From: Deltaproteobacteria bacterium
GTDB taxonomy: Bacteria; Desulfobacterota; RBG-13-43-22
Assembly: GCA_016219065.1 (NCBI GenBank)
Contig: JACRCK010000092.1
Coordinates: forward strand, 1-58,878
Length of the DNA: 58,878 bases
Direction of reading: 5' to 3'
In this document: one piece after another, positions 1-8,935 of the stretch
How positions within the stretch are numbered: position 1 is the stretch's first letter
How the letters are laid out: the number at the start of each line of letters is the position of its first letter
Notes under the pieces: model-generated
Databases searched by the model: none
The model's input: only the letters and a program-made list of their open reading frames with translations
What the model was told of the DNA's origin: nothing
Made by a program: the position numbers and the translations under genes

Positions 1-2
1 GA

Positions 3-218
3 GCCCGGGGTTTCGGCGGTGAAACGATCGATGGAGCCGACGTGGCGCTGCGGGTGCCGGGGTTGCCCTATGTCCCTTTATACCTTCTACTGTGGCGGGG
101 TGACCGGGAGTTTCCCGCCCGGACGCTTATCGGCATCGATGCCCGAGCGCATTTCCACCTGGATTTAGCGGGCGTGTTGGCTTTGACCAACCTGCTGGTA
201 TATCGCCTCTGCAAGTAA
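3..218 (+). CDS. DUF3786-like protein, 3' part (5' end outside window)
   Basis: Frame 3 is open from the window start: ARGFGGETIDGADVALRVPGLPYVPLYLLLWRGDREFPARTLIGIDARAHFHLDL...CK*. The LPxVPLxLLLW..D.EFPA motif is typical of DUF3786. Not in the ORF track. Confidence 0.6.
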   Translation, partial: ARGFGGETIDGADVALRVPGLPYVPLYLLLWRGDREFPARTLIGIDARAHFHLDLAGVLALTNLLVYRLCK

Positions 219-720
219 TTCTTTGGGTTTATCAAGGGCTCATCCCTGAAAGAGAAAATGATCCGGGAAGAAATGAAACGGGAAGCCGACAAAAAAAAGT
301 GATTGTCCAAGGAACCCTGTAAAATAAATTGCCGAAATAGAATATGAACCCGGCGCAGTCAGAGATTCAAAAGAGGCCTTCGCGCGCCTGATCCCCAGAA
401 ACATGGCTTATGAGCACTCCTCCGCTGCCGTTCACAATCGACTCCCGGGGCCCACACCGTTTTCCCTCAAGTCTCAAAAAACGTTGTTGCGCGTAGAGCG
501 GAAAAAACTTAAATTAAACGGTTCGAGGCCCGAAATACCCATGGTCACGGGTGCCTTCAGGGCCATGGTAATATTCCGATTGGTTTGCTTACGAGGTGTC
601 CTCATCATGAAAAAACTGCTGTTAATCATCATCCTAACGGGACGTTGTTCACTTCATTCACTTACCTTAAATTTTAAATGGCATTCCTGATTGAAGCCCC
701 CCTAACGCATATCAAACAAA

Positions 721-1038
721 TCAGCGGGAGGCCGACTTTTTGCCTGTTCCCTCGGATTGGCTCAGGCGGTGAGCTTTGGTTGCCCTCCACTTCAGGGGAT
801 ATTTTTCAGGGTTTTCGAGATTATCAATTTCCAAGTCCACGTCCAGTTTCGACCAATATAAATGGTACCCATGAAGCAACTGAACAGTCTGTATCGATTT
901 CAGAGTTTGATCCCTGAAGTAAGGATAATCCTTATAGCTGAGAAAGTACTCCCTTCCCTTGACGAAAAGCCAAATGCCAAAAGGTGTGATATTCTCAACG
1001 CTTACCAAAATGTTTTCGCCATGCCTGGACGATTTCAT
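721..1038 (-). CDS. DUF2442 family protein (putative antitoxin)
   Basis: MKSSRHGENILVSVENITPFGIWL...YPYF...HLYWSKLDVDLEIDNLENPEKYPL. ATG at 1038 has an upstream purine-rich SD and overlaps the DUF4160 gene. Confidence 0.85.
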   Translation of the reverse strand: MKSSRHGENILVSVENITPFGIWLFVKGREYFLSYKDYPYFRDQTLKSIQTVQLLHGYHLYWSKLDVDLEIDNLENPEKYPLKWRATKAHRLSQSEGTGKKSASR

Positions 1039-1237
1039 CCTTATGTTCCTCAATAATACCCTGGATTTCACCAAGTTTTTTCGGAGTCAGCTGGTGATGG
1101 ACAGCCAAGGAGATAATGGGTTCCAGCCAGAATTTCGCTTCTCCGCTCTCGCTCATCACGTGAATATGGATGCGCTCTTCTTCGTTTGACAGAAAATAGA
1201 ATCGGTACCCTTTTTCTCTAAAAATGGACGGACTCAT
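995..1237 (-). CDS. DUF4160 family protein (putative toxin)
   Basis: MSPSIFREKGYRFYFLSNEEERIHIHV...EAKFWLEP...W..HF, the DUF4160 signature. Confidence 0.9.
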   Translation of the reverse strand: MSPSIFREKGYRFYFLSNEEERIHIHVMSESGEAKFWLEPIISLAVHHQLTPKKLGEIQGIIEEHKDEIVQAWRKHFGKR

Positions 1238-1674
1238 ATTTTATATACCCGGCTAAACAAGAAAATACCATCTCCATTCCGGTTTCTCGATATTATCCTA
1301 CTAAAATTATTGAAGGTGTCAACAAGTCATACCATTTCTACCATCCTTCAAACATTCCTCGACGCCGGGCACCAGGACGCCTGGGTAGTCGAAGCCCCCG
1401 GAGCCTGTTCCGCCAGAAGGCGGGATTAAAGGAGGGGGGGATATGCAACGCCGAGGGCACAGCCGAGGGCAGCTATGCAACATTCCGTCCTCTGGAACAC
1501 AAAATGGGGGACGTCTTTGAGTTTTTTGAATTATTCCCGGCTTAATAAAAAGACGGCCTTCGTCCATATATCTTTGCATTTTGAAACTAATCGCTTCAAT
1601 TTACAAAGATACTTGGCTATTTTGGATTATGCCATAAAATAGACAGGATTATTTTTTAGCCTGACAACAAATTA

Positions 1675-1985
1675 TTATAACAGCTGTGTCATCGGTTTCC
1701 CGATCAATCGGGGATCGTGTCCAGTCCACTTTTCGGGCCGCCGGTTTAAGCCGTTGATCAAAGGTGGCCAGGGGGAATCCCTTGCGCAGGGCCAGTTCCA
1801 GATAAGCAGCGTCATAGGCGGTCAGTGAATAGGCCAGGGCCAGTTCCTGGAACCGGTGGATTGCTTCGAAATAGAAGGGGGTATCTGTTTGAATTGTTGT
1901 TTAAAAAATTCGTCCGGCTTGCTATAAAGATAACCGCTCAGGGGAGGCCTACTGCTCAACGCTCAGGGGCCAAAAAGAAGGGCGT
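1675..1985 (-). pseudogene. vapC: Degraded VapC/PIN-domain toxin
   Basis: Minus strand encodes ...IQTDTP..AIHRFQELALAYSLTAYDAAYLELALRKGFPLATFDQRLKPAARK. Upstream is a PSFWPL remnant interrupted by stops. No start codon and no vapB. Confidence 0.75.
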
Positions 1986-1998
1986 GGGTAGCTCAGGG

Positions 1999-2090
1999 GG
2001 CGGGCGGGGATGAACGGCTCGACTGAGCCTTTCGACAAAGCTCAAGACCCTGAGCCTGTCGAAGGGCTCGCCGAAGTCCCCGCCCCTACA
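1999..2090. repeat. Nested REP-like palindrome with a 39-bp internal insertion
   Basis: GGCGGGCGGGGATGAAC-GGCTCGACTGAG[CCTTTCGACAAAGCTCAAGACCCTGAGCCTGTCGAAGGG]CTCGCCGAAGT-CCCCGCCCCTAC. Same as 3104-3155 apart from the bracketed insert. Confidence 0.85.
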
Positions 2091-2160
2091 TTATTAACAG
2101 TCTCATATTAGAAATGACATCCGAAGCCCTATTCCTTATCTTTCCCGGCATAGGACCAGG

Positions 2161-2213
2161 TCAATAATCAATTGTCAATAATCAATTATCAATTGTTAAT
2201 TATTAATTATTAA
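2161..2213. repeat. AT-rich heptamer array (TCAATAA/TCAATTG/TTAATTA)
   Basis: About 7 imperfect 7-mers. Related arrays at about 5632-5650, 13033-13051, 47714-47751 and 53107-53140. Confidence 0.75.
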
Positions 2214-2243
2214 TGAAAAACATAAGGATTAAAGGAGCAACGC

Positions 2244-3041
2244 ATGAAAGAAAACGGACGTTTGCAGGATAAAATAGCGGCGATCACCGGGGCGGCCAGC
2301 GGCATCGGGCGGGCCACGGCCGTCGCCTTCGCCCGGGAGGGGGCCAAGCTGGTCCTGGCCGATTTGCAGGACAAGGGCCTCCAGGAAACCCTGGCGGCCG
2401 TGCGCGAGGCGGGCGGGGAGGCGGTGGTCAGACCGGTCGACGTGTCGGTCGAGCAGGAGGTCAAGGGCCTCATCGACCTGGGCCTGGCCACCTTTGGTCG
2501 GATCGACATCCTGATCAACAACGCCGGCATCACGGGGCAAACGGTCGGCATCGAAGAGCAGGACGGCCAAGACTGGCTCAAGGTCCTGGAGGTCAACCTG
2601 CTCGGCGCCATGTACGGAATCAAGCACGTGGCCGGGCACATGCGGGAGCGGGGCTCAGGGGCTATCGTCAACACCGCCTCGGTGGCCGGGATCCGCTCCG
2701 GGGCCGGGGGGAACGCCTACAGCGCCAGCAAGGCGGGGCTGATCAACCTCACCCAGACGGCGGCCTGCGACTTGGGGGGCTCCAACGTGCGGGTGAACGC
2801 GGTCTGCCCCGGGCTGATCGAAACCGGCATGACCAAGCCGGTCTTCGACTACGCCCGTTCCGCGGGCAAGGAGGCCAAGCTGGGCAGCCGCTGCGAGCTG
2901 CGCCGCTTTGGTCGGCCCGAGGAAATCGCCGCCGCCATCCTCTTTCTGGCCAGCGACGAGGCCAGCTTTGTAACGGGCCAGGCCCTGGCCGTGGATGGGG
3001 GCAACACGGCCTCCCTCAACCTGCCGGGGATGAAATTTTAG
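2244..3041 (+). CDS. Short-chain dehydrogenase/reductase (classical SDR)
   Basis: TGAASGIG, NNAG and YSASK motifs; AAGGAG SD. Confidence 0.95.
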   Translation: MKENGRLQDKIAAITGAASGIGRATAVAFAREGAKLVLADLQDKGLQETLAAVREAGGEAVVRPVDVSVEQEVKGLIDLGLATFGRIDILINNAGITGQTVGIEEQDGQDWLKVLEVNLLGAMYGIKHVAGHMRERGSGAIVNTASVAGIRSGAGGNAYSASKAGLINLTQTAACDLGGSNVRVNAVCPGLIETGMTKPVFDYARSAGKEAKLGSRCELRRFGRPEEIAAAILFLASDEASFVTGQALAVDGGNTASLNLPGMKF

Positions 3042-3103
3042 GGCAAATATGCACCGCAAAGGCGCAAAGGGCACAAAGAAATTAAAAAAAATGGCAACCC
3101 GGA

Positions 3104-3155
3104 GGCGGGCGGGGATGAACGGCTCGACTGAGCTCGCCGAAGTCCCCGCCCCTAC
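3104..3155. repeat. REP-like palindrome (shorter version of 1999-2090)
   Basis: GGCGGGCGGGGATGAACGGCTCGACTGAGCTCGCCGAAGTCCCCGCCCCTAC. Confidence 0.85.
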
Positions 3156-3188
3156 GTCAGCGCTTAAAACTTATTCGCTAAACTCCGA

Positions 3189-3251
3189 CCGGTATTTTCG
3201 TATTGATTCGATGTTGGACGTTGGATGTTCGATGTTGGACGTTCGTCTTTA
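3189..3251. repeat. GAYGTTS heptamer element, copy 1
   Basis: CCGGTATTTTCGTATTGATTC-(GAYGTTS)x5-GTCTTTA. Flanks identical to the copy at 20785-20847. Confidence 0.85.
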
Positions 3252-3297
3252 AGATATTATTCGCGGCTCCCCATCCGGCATTTATCCCACTCACCCG

Positions 3298-3423
3298 TTA
3301 TTCTTTTCCCCGCAGCGCCAGGGAATCCCCCAGGATCCCGCACCCCGCTTCAACAACCACGAAAATAATGTTCAGCAGGGTGGCGGCCGCAAAAGCCCGC
3401 TGCGTCTCTTTAAATCGAACCAT
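3298..3423 (-). pseudogene. Truncated cation diffusion facilitator (CzcD-like), N-terminus only
   Basis: MVRFKETQRAFAAATLLNIIFVVVEAGCGILGDSLALRGKE*. Matches CDF TM1 and the SLAL motif, then stops before the ADAxH metal site. SD present. Confidence 0.7.
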
Positions 3424-3542
3424 TCCCTTCCCTCTTTATTTTTATTATACTGGATCGCAACGATCCGGGAAAGATCCGAAGACCCTGTAACCGTCAAACC
3501 TTCGATCCGGGTTAAAATCTGAAATCGGTGAAAGGCTCCCCC

Positions 3543-4691
3543 ATGACGATATCGCCAAAAACCCGCCGGAATAAGAAATATTATCTGCTGCCGTTGATCA
3601 TGCTCGGGGTCTGCCCTTGGACCGGGTTCTGGTTCGGACCAAGCAGCGTTAGCGGCGATATGCCGTCGCGGGCCCGCAAGGCGGTGGAGGTCCCGGCCGG
3701 GCAGGGCTTCGGAACCTTTCTCGAGAACTTAAAAATCCCCTGGGAGATCGTTTTTTTGAGCGACCGCACGGCCCTGGTGACGTAGCGGCCCGGGATCCTG
3801 AAAATCAGCGGTCAACCGGTCTTAGAGATCCCCGTCGCCGGGGTGGAGCAGCGCGGCGAGGGCGGACTTCTGGGTCTGGCCCTGCATCCCCGGTTCAAAG
3901 AAAACAAGTGGATCTACCTTTATTTTACCACCCGGGATGAGGCGGGGTTGAAAAACCAGGTGGTCCGCTATGTTTTCGAGAACAACCGGCTCTCCGGCAA
4001 GAAAATAATCGTCGATCGTATCCCGGCGGCGACCTTCCACAACGGCGGACGGATCCAATTCGGCCCCGACGGCCTGCTTTATGCCGGGACCGGCGACGCC
4101 GGTGACAGCCAATCGGCCCAGGACCCGCAAGCCCTGGCCGGAAAAATTTTGCGTGTGCGGGAAGACGGGTCCCTGCCGCCGGACAACCCCTTCGGCAATC
4201 CGGTCTTCAGTTACGGCCACCGCAACGTCCAGGGCCTGGCCTGGGACGATCAAAGGCGGCTCTGGGCCACGGAACACGGGCGGTCGGGCCTCTTTTCCGG
4301 TTATGACGAACTGAACTTAATCGAGAAGGGGAAAAATTACGGCTGGCCCGTCATTCAGGGCGACGAGACCCGGGCAGGGATGGTCGCCCCGGTGATCCAC
4401 TCCGGGCCGGATGTAACCTGGGCCCCTTCGGGGGCCCGGCATTACCGGGGGAGCATCTTTTTCGCCGGCCTGCGGGGGCAGACCCTGTATCAGGCCCGGC
4501 TCGACACCGCCGGCGGGGTGGAAAAATTAGTAGGCTATTTTAAGGGAACGTTCGGACGCTTGCGCACGGTGGTTTTGGGGCCGGATGGCTTGTTCTATCT
4601 CCTGACCTCCAACACCGACGGCCGCGGGCGACTGGGGAAAAGCGACGACCGGATCGTTACGGTGGATCCGGGGAAGATGGGCGCTCCTTGA
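3543..4691 (+). pseudogene. PQQ-dependent glucose/sorbosone dehydrogenase family gene interrupted by in-frame TAG (3783-3785)
   Basis: Track ORFs 3528-3785 and 3843-4691 share one frame: PWEIVFLSDRTALVT*RPG...GEGGLLGLALHP...HNGGRIQFGPDG...GHRNVQG...NYGWP. The family motif is LVTERPG. Confidence 0.85.
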
Positions 4692-4692
4692 T

Positions 4693-4848
<156 letters not shown>

Positions 4849-4995
4849 AGCTTACCAGATTAGCCGAGCTTGGGCTCCCCCCGAGCCTGCCCCGCGGCAC
4901 GCGGGGAAAAAGGGGGGCTGGGGGGGATTTTCTTGCTTAGCGGGTGCTCACCACGAGTATGGCGGTTTAGTTCGAAAATAGACTCAATACCGGTT

Positions 4996-5463
4996 TTAAT
5001 GTCCCGTTTCGTTTCCCTCCCCCGTCTTCAGCGATTTCAGAATCACTCCCGTGCCGATTCCCCAGGCACCGTTGGCCAGGAAGGCGGTCACCAGCAGATA
5101 CGGGTTCCAGCCGCCTCCCAGGGGCCGGCCCTTTAGGGGTAACACTACCAGCAGGGCCACCAGGGAGAGGAGCACCCCCCCGAACAGAAAAGCGGTGACC
5201 CAATACCCCTTCCCGGCCGGAAACCGGCCCTCGAACAGCACGTAGATGATCCCCCAGACCCCTCCCCAGAAGGACAAGGAGAAAACCGTGGGAACCCCGA
5301 AGGGTTTGGTCGGCGCCATCTGGAATGGTCCGAAGGGCGACACCCCGGCGCTCCACAACACGACTACCAGCAATTGGTGAAAGATCAGGGTGGCCAGAAA
5401 TCCGGCCACGAAACCCGCTAACAGACAGACCGGGGAACTTGGAGTCTTTCCAGACGGTTCCAT
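4996..5463 (-). CDS. Hypothetical membrane protein (about 4 TM)
   Basis: Hydrophobic stretches, GAGGAGG SD, FWGGVWG motif, host-like codon usage. Confidence 0.8.
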   Translation of the reverse strand: MEPSGKTPSSPVCLLAGFVAGFLATLIFHQLLVVVLWSAGVSPFGPFQMAPTKPFGVPTVFSLSFWGGVWGIIYVLFEGRFPAGKGYWVTAFLFGGVLLSLVALLVVLPLKGRPLGGGWNPYLLVTAFLANGAWGIGTGVILKSLKTGEGNETGH

Positions 5464-5698
5464 AAATATTCCTCCTCTAAGCCGTTATGGGAATCCTGCT
5501 CCAATCATTATCAACCGGTTCCGCTTGTTTATCAAACCCAAATATCCCGGAAGCCCATAATATTTTAGAATACCACCGGGTTGCGAATTACGGCTAATAT
5601 TAAATTATTGTTTTAATAATAAATGATTAGCGATTGATCATTGATTATTGGTATATAATATGCGATATAAAATGCCCAAAAAATACCAAGGAGCAGCC

Positions 5699-6469
<771 letters not shown>

Positions 6470-6493
6470 GGGAAAGATACCGTTCGGTGTTGA

Positions 6494-6537
6494 AAAGACG
6501 AACGTCCAACATCGAACGTCCAACATCGAATTTAAAG
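6494..6537. repeat. GAYGTTS heptamer element (reverse orientation, 4 units)
   Basis: AAAGAC-GAACGTC-CAACATC-GAACGTC-CAACATC-GAATTTAAAG. Confidence 0.8.
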
Positions 6538-6617
6538 ACACAGGGCAGGCGTCCAGCCCGCGGATACTGCGAAGAACTGTTAGCCGCAGACTCACGCGGA
6601 CAATAAAAGGAAAACAC

Positions 6618-7772
<1,155 letters not shown>

Positions 7773-7852
7773 TACGAAAATACCGTTCGGCGTTAGGCGT
7801 TAGGCGGAGGAGTTAAATACAAAGATTATTCCAATACTCCGACGGTTGACCC

Positions 7853-7948
7853 GTCATTGCGAGCGGAGCGAAGCAATCCCCCCGATAAGCTTCGAGGAAA
7901 TCCAAGTCGGGACGGGGATTGCTTCGTCGCTTCACTCCTCGCATTGAC
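7853..7948. repeat. GTCATTGCGAG...GAAGCAATC / GATTGCTTC...CTCGCAWTGAC palindromic repeat
   Basis: Long imperfect inverted repeat; second copy at 30867-30954. Confidence 0.85.
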
Positions 7949-8067
7949 TTACTAATCAAAATTCGTTTTTTCATGCTTCGCGGGTGCTCGACCCGAGCAT
8001 GGGGGGTTTAATGCGTAAATAAAAAACGTAGGTTGAATTTTAAAATTTTTACCGTAAGGAGCAGCAA

Positions 8068-8904
8068 ATGGCCGTCGACTGGAAAACGGTAAGCCGGGAA
8101 CCGCGGGAATTTATCTTTGAATATACCTGGCAGGATGTGGTCCTCTATGCCCTGGGCATCGGGGCCCAGACCGATGAACTACCCTTCATCTATGAGAACA
8201 CCCCGGGCGGGCTGCGGGTCTTTCCCAGCTTCGCAGCCAAGGCCGCGGGGGGCCTGATCATCGCCTTCGGACAGCAGATCGAAGGCTTCCGGTTTATTCA
8301 CGGGGAACAGGCCATCCGTTTGCACCGGACCATCCCGCCCCAGGGGAAAATCATTATCACCAGCCGGGTGGCCGACGTCTTCGACAAGGGCAAGGCCGCG
8401 GTGATCCGCTTTGAAACCCAAGGGCGGCTCGCCGACGGGGCGCTCCTTTTCGAAGTGGAGCACGTCGCCTTTCACATAGGCGGCGGGGGCTTCGGAGGAG
8501 ACCCGGGACCGAAAGCGGAACCCCTGAACCCTCCCGCAGGTGTGGCGCCCGTTTTAAGCCTTAGCTACTCCATTCCCGAAAACCAGGCCGCCCTGTACCG
8601 CCTCAGCGGTGATTTGAATCCCCTGCACCTGGACCCGGAGTTCGCCCGGCGCGGCGGCTTCGAGCGGCCCATCCTGCACGGACTCTGCACCTACGGCTAT
8701 GCGACCCGGGCCATCGTCCACGGTCTCTGCGGCGGGGACCCGGCCCGCTTCCGGGAGTTCAGGACCCGCTTTGCCGAGGTGGTCTACCCCGGCGAGGCCC
8801 TGACCACCGAGGCCTGGCCGGTTGGGGAAGGGCGGTTCATCATCCAGGCCCGGACCGAACGGGCCGTGGTGCTCCGCAACGCTTACGCCCGGGTCGAGAT
8901 TTAA
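8068..8904 (+). CDS. MaoC-type double-hotdog (R)-specific enoyl-CoA hydratase
   Basis: LYALGIG, HGEQ, LYRLSGDLNPLH and PILHGLCTYG motifs. Confidence 0.93.
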   Translation: MAVDWKTVSREPREFIFEYTWQDVVLYALGIGAQTDELPFIYENTPGGLRVFPSFAAKAAGGLIIAFGQQIEGFRFIHGEQAIRLHRTIPPQGKIIITSRVADVFDKGKAAVIRFETQGRLADGALLFEVEHVAFHIGGGGFGGDPGPKAEPLNPPAGVAPVLSLSYSIPENQAALYRLSGDLNPLHLDPEFARRGGFERPILHGLCTYGYATRAIVHGLCGGDPARFREFRTRFAEVVYPGEALTTEAWPVGEGRFIIQARTERAVVLRNAYARVEI

Positions 8905-8935
8905 AGGGCCGGCGGGGCCTTCCGCCCCGGAGAAA

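Noticed and set aside
528..595. Hairpin with GCAAACC on the minus strand resembling a c-di-GMP-I (GEMM) riboswitch
   Set aside because: The GGGxCGCAAAGC/GACGGAAAGC junction and a proper GNRA-capped stem are missing, and no intact gene lies downstream.
1355..1485. Possible 6S-like RNA or small ORF (AAAGGAGG...MQRRGHS...)
   Set aside because: Better explained as a cluster of REP-like palindromes (TTCCGCCAGAAGGCGGGA; GCACAGCCGAGGGCAGCTATGC). No recognisable RNA consensus.
3783..3785. Genome-wide TAG reassignment
   Set aside because: Several intact genes in the window end at TAG at the expected family C-terminus.
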